DNA of 49,868 bases from Octopus sinensis (Eukaryota). This document shows positions 12,001 to 23,880 of this stretch, one piece after another. Both the position numbers and the translations under genes were made by a program. The first letter of the stretch is position 1. The number at the start of each line of letters is the position of its first letter. Under the pieces are notes generated by a model. The model was not told the DNA's origin and made no database searches. It saw only the letters and a list, made by a program, of their open reading frames with translations. Where the stretch lies: positions 1 to 49,868 of the forward strand of contig NW_021834329.1 in NCBI RefSeq assembly GCF_006345805.1, written 5' to 3'.

Positions 12001-12202
12001 TTGTGTGTGTGTGTTTATCCCCCTAGCATTGCTTGACAACCGATACTGATGTGATTACGTCCCCGTCACCTAGCGGTTCGGCAAAAGAGACCGATAGAAT
12101 AAGTACTGGGCTTACAAAGACTAAGTCCCGGGGTCGATTTACTCGACTAAAGGCGGTGCTCCAGCATGGCCGCAGTCAAATGACTGAAGCAAGTAAAAGA
12201 GT
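11790..12202 (+). mobile_element. SINE family A, full length
   Basis: GGCGCAGGAG head to AAGTAAAAGAG tail. Confidence 0.93.
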
Positions 12203-12228
12203 ATAATAACAATAATATAAACTTGAGA

Positions 12229-12617
12229 GAAGGCAGCGAGCTGGCAGAATCGTTAGCACGCCGGACGAAATAATTAGCGGTATTTCGTCTGCCCTTACGT
12301 TGTCAGTTCAAATTCCGCCTTTCATCCTTTCGGGGTTGATAAATTAAGTACCAGTTACGCACTAGGGTTGATGAAACCGACTTAATCCCTTTGTCTGTCC
12401 TTGTTTTTCCCCTCTATGTTTAGCCCCTTGTGGGTAGTAAAGAAATAGGTATTTCGTCTGTCTTTACGTTCTGAGTTCAAATTCTGCCGAGGTCGACTAT
12501 GCTTTTGCATCCTTTCAGGGTCAATAAATTAAGTACCAGTTGGGTACTGAGGTCGATCTAATCGACTATTCCCCTTCTCCCAAAATTTCGGGCCTTGTGC
12601 CTAGAGTGGAAAAGAAT
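12229..12617 (+). mobile_element. SINE family B with duplicated module
   Basis: AAGGCAGCGAGCTGGCAGAATCGTTAGCACGCC head, two GTTCAAATT modules, GGGCCTTGTGCCTAGAGT.GAAAAG tail. Confidence 0.9.
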
Positions 12618-12624
12618 ATAAATT

Positions 12625-13853
12625 TGAGCGATGTTTCTCTGTCCGTTACGTTTTTATGTTCGTTAACTCCTCCCAGACCGTTGGGAAATTTTAAGGGTCG
12701 GATCTTTTCCTTTTGAACGGCAGACAATCTCTAGTTAACTAAACACTTTAAAACTTCGTATACTGGTAGAATGTGTCAAAATAAAACATCTTTTTCTCTT
12801 GGCTTTCTTGAGAAAATTGTAATTTGTTTATTTAACGTAGTTTAATTTTTCGAATTTTAACCAATCCTATGCTCTCTTTTGAGCTAAAATCATTTGCTGC
12901 GTCTAAAACTGAGACAACATCCTGTAACTAACCCTAAACCTCCCCCCTAACCCTAAATTTTATTTTTTCTTAATTGTTAAATCAATTTAATTGTTACGCG
13001 TGTAAAAAAAACTAAAGCAATGGAATTAAATTAATTTAACGATTAAGACAAAAATTTAGGGTTAGTGTTAGGGGGAGGTTTAGGGTTAGTTACAGGATGT
13101 TGTCTCAGTTTTAGACGCAGTAAATGATTTTAGTTGAATGGAGGTAATTAATTGGTTAATATTGCCGAAATGCTCGGATTTTCAGACGAAATATCTTACA
13201 AACTATACAATTTTCTCAATAAAGCCAAGAGAAAATGATGTTTTATAAACCCATTCTACCAGTATACGAAGTTTAAAAGTGTTTAGTTAACCACAGAATG
13301 TCTTTTTACCTCAACAGACGTCATTGATTGGTTGAAATTGCAGAAATTGAAGGAAAAAAAACAACAAATATCTTACAAACTATAGAATTTTCTCAATAAA
13401 GCCAAGAAAAAATGATGTTTTATAAACACATTCTACCAGTATACGAAGTTTAAAAGTGTTTAGTTAACTAGAAATTGTGTTGACATCTGCCGTTCAAAAG
13501 GAAAAGATCCTAAGGGTTACCTAATTTGGGCCCCACAGCCCCCTATTTTTACTGCATGTTAAACCAAATGCATGGTATTGGCGACCAAATCAGAACAATT
13601 GACTAAATCGAAACAATAATTTCATACCATGAACTCTCAGGGAGTATTGTAAAGAGGTTCAATTTCCGAAGGGATCTTAAATGGGGTCCCACCGATCCCG
13701 CCCTAATTTTACTGCACTTACCTCGCTCCTTCGCTTACTGATTAAGCTATGATCAGCATCAGTGCTTAACACATTTGGAGAAATAAGTTTGGGATTAAAT
13801 TACACAAGAGTAGAGAGCCTGAATGCCGCCCCGAAGGACAGCTTCGAGGCTAG
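12625..13853 (+). mobile_element. Possible non-autonomous Helentron/Helitron-like element hosting the Merlin-like MITE
   Basis: 5' part CTGTCCGTTACG...AACTCCTCCCAGACCGTT; 3' end has a small hairpin ccgaag..cttcg followed by CTAGT. Confidence 0.35.
12700..13510. mobile_element. Merlin-like MITE copy 1 (811 bp)
   Basis: TIR GGATCTTTTCCTTTTGAACGGCAG ... CTGCCGTTCAAAAGGAAAAGATCC; 8-bp TSD TAAGGGTC/TAAGGGTT; nearly palindromic throughout; internal TAACCC/GGGTTA repeats. Confidence 0.85.
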
Positions 13854-14310
13854 TAATAATATAAAAACAGCGGTTTTGGTGGTCACACCACCATTTCTAC
13901 TATGACTTCCTGTCAAATTCGTACACGCTCAGCAAATTCTACTGGTCCTTCACGGAATTTATAGTCGCATCCAGCCATGCCAGTTTCGTTGAATTTTGAA
14001 TTTACAGTCCTTGCCGTCATGACGGTTTACATAAATAATAAACAGTGCATGCTTTAAAGCGGTTGGCGTATATATAACAGAACCGATGTCGTCTGCTAAT
14101 TACTGATATCGGCCGAGATGATTACTATCAGTGCAAATTAGTTACCTGATTACAAAAAAAACAACAAAAAGAACATTGAAATTGGGTTAATATTTCAAAA
14201 TTTCGCTAGACTGTTTGTAACAGGATACGAACCCACGAACGTGGAATTCACAGTATATGATTTTAACTTTAAAAATTCGTTGTTTATTATAGTTTAATTG
14301 ATTAATATGT

Positions 14311-14970
14311 AAGGCGGCGAGCTGGCCGAATCGTTAGCACGCCGGGCGAAATCCTGAGCGGTATTTCGGCTGCTGTTACCATGTGAGTTCAAATTCCGCC
14401 GAGGTCGACTTTGCCTTTCATCCTTTCGGGGTCGATAAATTAAGTACCAGTTAAGCACTGGGGACGATATAATCGACTTAATACCTATATCTGTCCATGT
14501 TTGTCCCCTCTATGTTTAGCCCCTTGTGGGTAATAAAGAAATAGGTATTTCGTCTGAGTTCAAATTCTGCCGAGGTCGACATTGCCTTTCATCCTTTCGG
14601 GGTTGATATAATCGACTTAATCTGTCTATCTGTCCTTATTTGTCCCCTCTGTGTTTAGCCCCTTGTGAGCAGTAAAGAAATAGGTATTTCGTCTATTTTT
14701 ACGTTCTGAGTTCAAATTCCGCGGAGGTCGACTTTGCCTTTCATCCTTTCGGGGTTGTTTAAATAAGTACCAGGTACGCACTGGGGTCGATGTAATCGAC
14801 TTAATCCGATACACTGTCCGTGTTTGTCCCCTCTATGTTTAGCGGAGGTCGACTTTGCCTTTCATCCTTTCGGGGTCGATAAATTAAGTAACAGTTGCGT
14901 ACTGGAGTCGATATAATCGACTGGCCCCCTCCCCCAAAATTCGGGCCTTGTGCCTGGAGTAGAAAAGAAT
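14311..14970 (+). mobile_element. SINE family B with about four tandem internal modules
   Basis: One head followed by repeated GAGGTCGACTTTGCCTTTCATCCTTTCGGGGT...CCCCTCT.TGTTTAGC blocks. Confidence 0.9.
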
Positions 14971-15146
14971 AACAATGTATGTATTCTACTCAACCGCTTG
15001 TCTTTTTTGGGTCGTCTCTCTGCACAAAGTATACGTATTAATATATACAGGGTAACCCAAAAGTAGGTATATATATATATATATAATATATATATATATA
15101 TAATATATATATATTATATATATATATATATTATATATATATATAT

Positions 15147-15450
15147 GTGGAGGCACAATGGCCCAGTGGTTAGGTAGCGGACTCGTGGTCGTAGGATCGC
15201 GGTTTCGATTCCCAAACCGGGCGTTGTGAGTGTTTATTGAGCGAAAACACCTAAAAGCTCCACGAGGCTCCGGCAGGGGATGGTGGCGATCCCTGCTGTA
15301 CTCTTTCGCCACAACTTTCTCTCACTCTTTCTTCTGTTGGCCTGCTCGCTTAGCCAGCGGGGTGACGTCATTCGAAGGCTAAAACAATGCGAAGCGAATT
15401 GTGACCAGCGATGTGTAGAAACATTTGATAGCCTGGTCGGTCACGGTGAC
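15147..15450 (+). mobile_element. tRNA-derived SINE family C
   Basis: Head GGAGGCACAATGGCCCAGTGGTTAGG...GGTTTCGATTCC (A and B boxes); inserted in (TA)n; second copy at 49236-49404. Confidence 0.85.
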
Positions 15451-15475
15451 ATATATATATATATATATATATATA

Positions 15476-15641
15476 CACGACGGGTTTCTTTCAGTTTCCG
15501 TCTACCAATTCCACTTACAAAGCTTTGATGAACCCGGGGCTATAGTAAAAGACACTTGCCCAAAGTTCCACGCAGTGGGACTGAACCCGCAACCGCGTGG
15601 TTCATAAGTAAGCTACTTACCACTCAGCGACACCTGCGCCT
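15476..15641 (-). mobile_element. SINE family A 5' half
   Basis: Diverged reverse-complement head. Confidence 0.85.
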
Positions 15642-16059
15642 ATAAAAAAAAAATATAAAAAACAAAAATGATGAATATGTGAACTTTTTTATTTGAAAGA
15701 AGGGAAAGAAAAAGAGGTAAAAACTGTCCAAAATAATTACTGAATGCAATCACTCGACTTCGGGGATCGAATGGGCCTTGCGCCTCATTTTATAATTTTC
15801 AAATTCTTATTCGTTTTTCTTTTTTCTTTTTCTTCTTTGGTCGATACCTTTTTGTATTTTTATTTCCCCGATTATGTTTTGTATTGTCTTTGTAATGTGT
15901 AACCTCCATCTTTAGCCCCTTGTGGGCAATGAAAATCGATGAGATTGGTGTTACCTTGGCGGAGGTTTGCGCTCTCTGAGGGCCCTTGTTTTAAGCATGA
16001 AATTTCTTTTAACCTGACGAGCCAGCTTAGTGTTTATATCAATTTTAAAATTGTATATA

Positions 16060-16145
16060 CAGTAATCCCGCGATTATCGCGGGTGTTACGTTACAACTGC
16101 ACCCCACCGCGCGATAGTTGAAAACCCGCGAAGTAGAAACAGTAC
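16060..16145. mobile_element. pogo/Tigger-like MITE end
   Basis: TA|CAGTAATCCCGCGATTATCGCGGGTGTTACGTT; inverse match to 18836-18869. Confidence 0.65.
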
Positions 16146-16538
16146 TTTCTTTTTACTTGTTTCAGTCATTTGACTGCGGCCATGCTGGAGCACCACCTTT
16201 TAGTCGGGACTTATTCTTTGTGAGCCCAGTACTTATTCTATCGGTCTCTTTTGCCGAACCGCTAAGTGACGGGGACGTAAACACACCAGCAACGGTTGTC
16301 AAGCAATGCTAGGGGGACAAACACAGACACACAAACATATGCACACACACTTATATATATATATATATATACATATATACGACAGGCTTCTTTCAGTTTC
16401 CGTCTACCAAATCCACTCACAAGGCATTGGTCGGCCCGGGGCTATAACAGAAGACACTTGCCCAAGATGCCACGGAGTGGGACTGAACCCAGAACCATGT
16501 GGTTGGTAAGCAAGCTACTTACCACACAGCCACTCCTG
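16146..16538 (-). mobile_element. SINE family A
   Basis: Family A reverse complement. Confidence 0.92.
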
Positions 16539-16563
16539 TACTGTATATTTAAAAAATTATTTT

Positions 16564-17191
16564 GGATCTTTTCCTTTTGAACGGCACATGTCAACACAAT
16601 TTCTAGGTAACTAAACACTTTTAAACTTCGTATACTGGTAGAATGTGTTTATAAAACATCTTTTTCTCTTGGTTTTATTGAGAAAATTCTATAGTTTGTA
16701 AGATATTTCGTCTGAAAATCCGAGCATTTCGGCAATTTTAACCAATCAATTACCTCCATTCAACTAAAATCATTTGCTGCGTCTAAAACTGAGACAACAT
16801 CCTGTAACTAACCCTAAACCTAACCCTAACCCTAACTTTTTTTCTTAATTGTTAAATTAATTTAATTCCATTGCTTTAGTTTTTTACACGCGTAACAATT
16901 AAATTGATTTAACAATTAAGAAAAAAAATTAGGGTTAGGGTTAGGGGGGAGGTTTAGGGTTAGTTACAGGATGTTGTCTCAGTTTTAGATGCAGTAAATA
17001 ATTTTAGCTCAAAAGAGAGCATAGGATTAGTTAAAATTCGAAAAATTAAACTACGTTAAACAAACAGATTACAATTTTCTCAAGAAAACCAGGAGAAAAA
17101 AATGTTTTATTTTGACACATTCTACCAGTATACGAAGTTTTAAAGTGTTTAGTTAACTAGAAATTGTCTGCCGTTCAAAAGGAAAAGATCC
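16564..17191. mobile_element. Merlin-like MITE copy 2 (628 bp), opposite orientation to copy 1
   Basis: Same GGATCTTTTCCTTTTGAACGGCA TIRs; perfect 8-bp TSD ATTATTTT (16556-16563 / 17192-17199); internal (CCCTAA)n and (TTAGGG)n. Confidence 0.9.
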
Positions 17192-17279
17192 ATTATTTTT
17201 ATAATTTATGTATATATTTATTTTATTATAAAAGCAAAACAACACCACGTAGGAATCGATGTAAGCTTAAATAATAAAC

Positions 17280-17695
17280 CTATTTCTTTACTACCCACAA
17301 GGGCTAAACACAAGAAGGACAAACAAGGACAGACATACGGATTAAGTCGATTATATCGGCCCCAGTGCGTTACTGGTACTTATTTAATCGACCCTGAAAG
17401 GATGAAAGGCAAAGTCGACCTCGGCGGAATTCGAACTCAGAATATACCGGCAGTCGAAATACCTATTTGTTTACTACCCACAAGGGGCTAAACACAGAGA
17501 CGACAAACAAGGACAGACACACGAATTAAGTCGATTATATCGACCCCAGTGCGTAACTGGTACTTGTTTAATCGACCCTGAAAGGATGAAAGGCAAAGTC
17601 GACCTCCGCGGAATTCGAACTCAGGACGTAACGGGAGACGAAATACCGCTAAGCATTTCACCCGGCGTGTTACCTATTGTGCCAGCTCGCCGCCT
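17280..17695 (-). mobile_element. SINE family B with duplicated 3' module
   Basis: Ends GCCAGCTCGCCGCCT (reverse complement of the head); two modules. Confidence 0.9.
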
Positions 17696-17759
17696 AAGTT
17701 ACCAAAATACTGCAAAACTTTTCAACATAATAACCACAATAATATTTGAAAATTTTACA

Positions 17760-18063
17760 AATACGGATTTAAGACAAACCTGAACAAGAAATGCAGTTCT
17801 ATATTTAAGAGATGAGGAATTATGTACATTGTTTACATTTGACGGATATTTCTCCTCGTCTTGTTTGTTGTTAACACAACGTTTCGGCTGATATACTCTC
17901 CAGCCTTCATCAGGTGTCTTGGGGAAATTTCGAACCTGGGTTCTCATTCCTAAGGTATTTTTCGATGTCATTATTATTATTATTATTATGAAGGCTGGTG
18001 GGTATATCAGCTGAAACGTGTTAACAACAAACAAGATGAGAACAAATATCAGTCAAATGTAAA
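17760..18063 (-). mobile_element. Penelope-like inverted terminal repeat
   Basis: Imperfect inverted arms 17832-17910 / 17988-18063 containing a hammerhead motif. Confidence 0.7.
17873..17918 (-). ncRNA. Minimal type I hammerhead ribozyme motif
   Basis: gacac CTGATGA a ggctg-gagagtatat-cagcc GAAAC GTT gtgtt; palindromic minimal stem III as in Penelope-type hammerheads. Confidence 0.7.
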
Positions 18064-18102
18064 TATGTGCTGAAAAGGAAAGTTTTGAAACATATGGCTA
18101 TA

Positions 18103-18869
18103 CGGTAATCCATCGCCATATTGCGATTCACCTATCGCGCACCTCAGTACATCGCGGATTTTTCTTTCTAATATATGTACACTTATATCGCGGACTCCTC
18201 GATATAATTGGGTTTCTGCTGCTGCTATTTATAATTCTTTACTCTTTTTTTCTCTTTTACTTGTTTCAGTCATTCGACTGCGGCCATGTTGGAGCACCAC
18301 CTTTAGTCGAGCAACTCGACCCCGGGACTTATTCTTTTTGTAAGCCCAGTACTTATTCTATCGGTTTCTGTTGCCGAACCGCTAAGTAACGGGGACATAA
18401 ACACACCAGCATCGGTTGTCAAGCAATGCTAGGGGGACAAACACAGACACACAAACACACACACGCATATATATATAATACATATATACGACAGGCTTCT
18501 TTCAGTTTTCGTCTACCAAATCCACTCACAGTGCTTTGGTCGGCCCGAGGCTATAGCAGAAGACACTTGCCCAAGTGGCCACACAGTGGGACTGAACCCG
18601 GAACCTGTGGTTGGTAAGCAAGCTACTTACCACACAGTCACTCCTACACCTATAATATATACGACAGGCTTCTTTCAGTTTCCGTCTACCAAATCCACTC
18701 ACAAGGCTTTGGTCAACCCGAGGCTATAGCAGAAGACACTTGCCCAAGGTGCCACACAGTGGGACTGAACCCGGAACCATGTGGTTGGTAAACAAGCTAC
18801 TTACCATACAGCCAATATTTTTATGGGAGGTTTTGGAACGTAACACACTCGATAGTCGAGGGATTATTA
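18103..18869. mobile_element. pogo/Tigger-like MITE interrupted by SINE A copies
   Basis: TA|CGGTAATCCATCG..ATTGCG left end and CGATAGTCGAGGGATTATTA|TA right end (decayed CAGTAATCCCTCG TIRs, TA target). Confidence 0.6.
18238..18813 (-). mobile_element. SINE family A full copy plus tandem 5' half
   Basis: 18238-18650 and 18659-18813. Confidence 0.9.
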
Positions 18870-19330
18870 TACATTCGGGAAATCCAAGAAGAACTTGTAC
18901 CAAATGCTGGAATTGGAAGTTAAACAGCAGAGCGGGGTTTCACGGTGTAGAGCCAAAAGTCCCAACATTGTCATCAGAATATAGGACCATTTACTGGAAC
19001 AACATCGGTCTTAAAAGACCACAGGTTTTCAATATCTTTCAAAAAAGCTGGAGAGGATTACATAGGGTGGATGTTATCGTCTTCAAAACAGAACTGGATC
19101 TCTCCATGTCATGGGTTCCGGATGAACCTACCTCGTAACAAGAGACTCGGATGAGGGCCCCAACATCAAACTGCCTCATTCACCAAATGCTACACATCGA
19201 AGGAAGTTTTGAAGTGGTCAAATGGTAGCGAAACTAACGCCATTGTCCTCAACATGTCCGAAGCTCCTGAGCTGAACCTAGTGAAAATGAAACGAAGCAG
19301 ACGACACAAAAAGAAAGGCAGACGACACAC
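18870..19330 (+). mobile_element. Decayed CR1-clade LINE 3' end (second subfamily)
   Basis: YIREIQEELVPNAGI then, after a frameshift, ...GLKRPQVFNIF...VFKTELDLSMSWVPDEPTS*, resembling the CR1 ORF2 ending WKILEGLVPN...GP.LFN.LP...FK..LD..L..VPDEP; 3' boundary approximate. Confidence 0.7.
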
Positions 19331-20973
19331 TTATGAAGAATTACAAGGGGCAATAACTGTGTTCAAACTTACTTTATTTTATGTAATCTCCTCTATGTTA
19401 CATAATTCTTTTGATCCATGTCTGATAATGATAAATACAATCAATAATATTATTAATATTCATTTAAATTATAATTATAAATATAATAATAAATATTATC
19501 ATTAATAATAATAATATTGTTATTAGTATTAATAATAATACTATTATCAATGTTATAATTATAATTTTATTTTGTTAATGTTATTTTTCTTTTTTGCACA
19601 TTATCGTCTCTTAGTAACCTCACCAACATTATTATCATTTTTATTATTTTTAATTATCATAATTTTAGCCATTTTCAGTAAAGTTAATGTATGTAATCAT
19701 GATGTGTATTAATTTTATCATTATTATTAAATCATTATTATCATTATTAATATTATACTGAAATAATTTTTGTTTTGTCTCAGTTTTTTTCGATTTTTTC
19801 ATATTAATATCATCATTCATTATTTTGCATTTTTATTTTTTTATTTTGTTGTATATATATTTTTTGATTCGTTCGTTTTTGTTTTTGTTTTTTTTTAATT
19901 AATTTTTTTCTCCAATAGAATTTTCGTTTTCCAATAATTTTTATCAATCATTCAGGTATATTTTTTGCCACGTTTTTTTTTATTCATTTTTCGAATTTTA
20001 TTATGTTTTCACAATCCTCTGTTCTTCGTGTTTTTTTTTTCGTTTCAGGGTAGGGTCAATAGGGGAAATAAATGTTTTTTTTTCTTTTCTCTCTCTCTCC
20101 CTTCCATTCAATATATTTGTTGTTTAAAAAAAGAAAAACTTCACTTTGGGTGCATGTGTAACTTACTCCTGTCGTTACAGTTCTTTCTCTTATTGTTTAA
20201 CAAAGTTCTCGTTGGTAGAGTTATTCTTGTTAGATATAGAACTCGTGAGATTTCCATTTCAGATATATATATTGATATGATGTTACTTTACTCTGCACTA
20301 TTTGAGTTTTCACAAAGCCTTTGTTGTTCCCGTAGCTATATATGAGATATACGTGTGTAACGCTTTACATGTTCGTGTATATAAATGTATGTGTATATAT
20401 AAGCCCATGTATGTATGTATATATATATATATGGATTTGTATGCACAGTATATTTGTATATTCTTGGTGGGGGCGTGTGGGTGTTGGCGGGAGGCAGATA
20501 AGTATATTTTCTAGTATACTTATACACAGATCTTAAATGTAACACAAGTTACTAATACCGTTAGTAGTAGCAGTAGTCGCAGCAGCAGCATGAATTGACT
20601 GTTGTTAGTTATTTGCGTTGTGGTTGCTCTTGCTGTTGTTTACGTCATTGTCACGTGACCGTCCATCTCTGTAATTGCCATTTTCATTGCCATATTTTTG
20701 CTTTTATATTTTCAAGCTGTTTTTTATTTATTTTATTTTTTGATTTTTAGGCTTCGACCAATTCTTTCAAAAATATGTTTCGCCGTGTTCAAATCTTACA
20801 CGAGATTTGATTGGCTACCGTCATCGACATCAACCATCGTATATATGTAATATATACCTGTGTGCATATATTCAAATATACATACATACATATATATATA
20901 TATGTACGTCTATACATATGTATACACACGCACACATATATATATATAATATACCGTTGTGACTGTGTGTATG

Positions 20974-21009
<36 letters not shown>

Positions 21010-21038
21010 ATATATATATTTGTGAGTATGTATATATA

Positions 21039-21077
<39 letters not shown>

Positions 21078-22384
21078 ATTACTGTAATAGGGAGCAGATA
21101 TATAAGTCGATGAAGAGGAGGAAGAGGAGGAAGAGGAGGAAGAGATAAGGAAGGTAGTTTTTTTACACAAGGGAGCAGAATTCCGTCATGCGCGCGTATG
21201 TGTGTGTGTATATATATATATATGTATATATATATACACACACACAGAAGCTCATACACATATATTTGAACGTGTATGTCTACATGTGCGTTTGTATGTG
21301 TACTGGGTGGGTAGTGATGAGAAAAGATGGACACTGTAGAATGAATGAGTAACATGGTTGGCGTGAAAGGTGATGGTGAGAGATCGAACTCTCTCGATAC
21401 TGGCAGGTTATGAATACGATGATAATACTGATGATGATGATGATGATTATAACGATGATGATGACGGCAAACACAATGAGAATGGCTGGATGTTAAACAA
21501 TTTTTAGTAGCAGTAGCAGCCTCAGCAGCAACAGGGTTATTAGTAGCATGAGTAATTTTAGTAATAGTAGTAGTAGTAGCAGCAGTTACTGGTATATCTT
21601 ATATACAGAAATCGCATTTACGCACAAGCACTCGTACAATCCACACACTATATTTTTCAGCGGGTGGATGAGCAAAATGATCGCCGAATATACCAAGACA
21701 CGCAGTAGTTAACTGATATTTTACACTATCAACCGCTAACTTTCACCCCTCTCCCAATTCTTGTAGGAATAATTTACTGGTAATCACACCGTATTCCGTT
21801 ATGCAAGCATTATATACTACCATGTATATGAAATTGGTGACTACTGAAGCAATGTGTTCGTGGAAAGTTAATAGATTAGATACTGAGGAAAAGGCAATAA
21901 TTCCTGAAACATGTATCTACATCCATCACCTGTCGTTTTTTTTTATCTTCGAGCGCATTGCTTACCTAGACGTCGTAATTTTCAATGATGGCTCTAATTT
22001 CTTTATGAAATCTGTAGAGATAAATTTTAAAGTGAAATATTTCTAGAATGAGCGTTAAAAATCAAATTTATATTTGTCGGCATTACAAGTAAGAACGCGA
22101 TTGGGCGCGGGTGAGAATTTTACGATGAAAAATGAAGTGAAATTGAATGGGTTTCAATCAAGTGTTTGTGAAGTGTCAGTTATCTTCAGGGAAAATGTAT
22201 GGTAGAGTTATATAGAGATGCATCATAAGCTGTGTCCACATAACGATTGTACATTAGTATTGTCTATAATATCTGTCGCTGTATAAACACATAGCATGGA
22301 CTTCGTCTCACTCTCTCACACACATACCTACATAAATACATACATATATATATACACCCACCCGCAAGCATACACTTCTCTCTT

Positions 22385-22900
22385 ATATATGTGTGTATGT
22401 ATATATGTATCTATATGTACATATATATATGTATATATGAGTGTGTATATATATGTGCATGCATTCATGTGTAAGTATATATATGTATATATGTTGATAT
22501 GGATGTGTTTTTATATATACGTGTATATATATGTGTGTGTGTGTGAAATTATGTATGTGTGTATATTTATGTATATATATCTGTTATATATGTATATATA
22601 TATATGTATATGTGTGTATATTTATGTATATATGTGTGTATATTTATGTATATATATATGTATGTATATGTGTCTATATTTATGTATATATATATATGTG
22701 TGTGTATATGTATGTATATGTGTCTATATTTATGTATATATATGTGTATATATTTATGTATATGTATATATATATTGTGTGTATATTTATGCATATATAT
22801 GTGTATATATTTATGTATGTATATATATATGTACGTGTGTATGTGTATATATTATGTATATATATATATATGTATATATCTATGTATGTATATATATATA
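22385..22900. repeat. Compound (TA/TG)n low-complexity tract
   Basis: Alternating TA/TG repeats; similar tracts at 1100-1410, 3910-4340, 24160-24550, 34770-35330, 37480-37885 and 45480-45890. Confidence 0.95.
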
Positions 22901-23127
22901 TGTTCATTTCCATTGATGTAAAATATGTTTCCATCACACTCTCTCTGTCTCTCTCTCTCTCTTCCCACTCTCTTTCTCTTGTTGTTTGCTCTTTTATATA
23001 TTCCACTCTATACATAATTATAACGCTGACTTCCGTTTTTTGTTAAACAAAATTTTCTCATTTTCCTTCGCTATACACAAACAAAAACAACTTATCATTC
23101 GACGTTATTATTCTTACAGCCACTAGC

Positions 23128-23154
23128 GGCAGCAGCAGCAGCAGCAGTTGCAGC

Positions 23155-23219
<65 letters not shown>

Positions 23220-23317
23220 CATTACGCTTTTTATTATCCTTATTTAAAAATCATCATAATTTTTGATTTCTCTTTTCATATCTGTTGCTTGGCAACAGTT
23301 AATTCCTAATATTTAGA

Positions 23318-23390
<73 letters not shown>

Positions 23391-23826
23391 GTCGTTATTG
23401 CTCTATTATTATCATCGCAGCTATTCTTGTTAGTTTTATCAATATTGCTTATTATTATCATTATCATAAAATATTGTTACATTTATCATCACTGCTATTA
23501 TTGTTAGTATCATCAATATTATCATTATTATTATTAATATTATTATTATTATTATTATTAGTGTCATAGTATTATTAATATTATTATTATTACTTTTATT
23601 ATTAATATTATTATTACTTTTATTATTAATATTATTATTACTTTTATTATTAATATTATTATTATTACTTTTATTATTAATATTATTATTACTATTATTA
23701 TTGTCACCGTTGTTATTGCTAATCCCGTCAATAGTGCTATTTTCATTATTATTATCATTATTATTATTATTTTTATTATTATTATTATCATCATCTTTAT
23801 TATTATTATCATTTTTATTATCATCA

Positions 23827-23868
<42 letters not shown>

Positions 23869-23880
23869 TATTATTATTCT
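23128..23880. repeat. (CAG)n-(TAG)n and (ATT)n trinucleotide microsatellites
   Basis: TAG run 23155-23219; ATT runs 23320-23390 and 23520-23878; another TAG run at 24857-24937. Confidence 0.95.

Noticed and set aside
14094-14142. Possible pre-miRNA hairpin (ctaattactgata...tatcagtgcaaattag)
   Set aside because: Only about 13 paired bases with a bulge and a poorly paired centre; no recognised mature sequence.
15147-15225. Possible tRNA gene
   Set aside because: A and B boxes are present but there is no acceptor stem, and it continues into a SINE body repeated at 49236-49404.
16805-16965. Telomere fusion or chromosome-end relic
   Set aside because: The short TTAGGG tracts lie inside a TIR/TSD-bounded MITE present twice.
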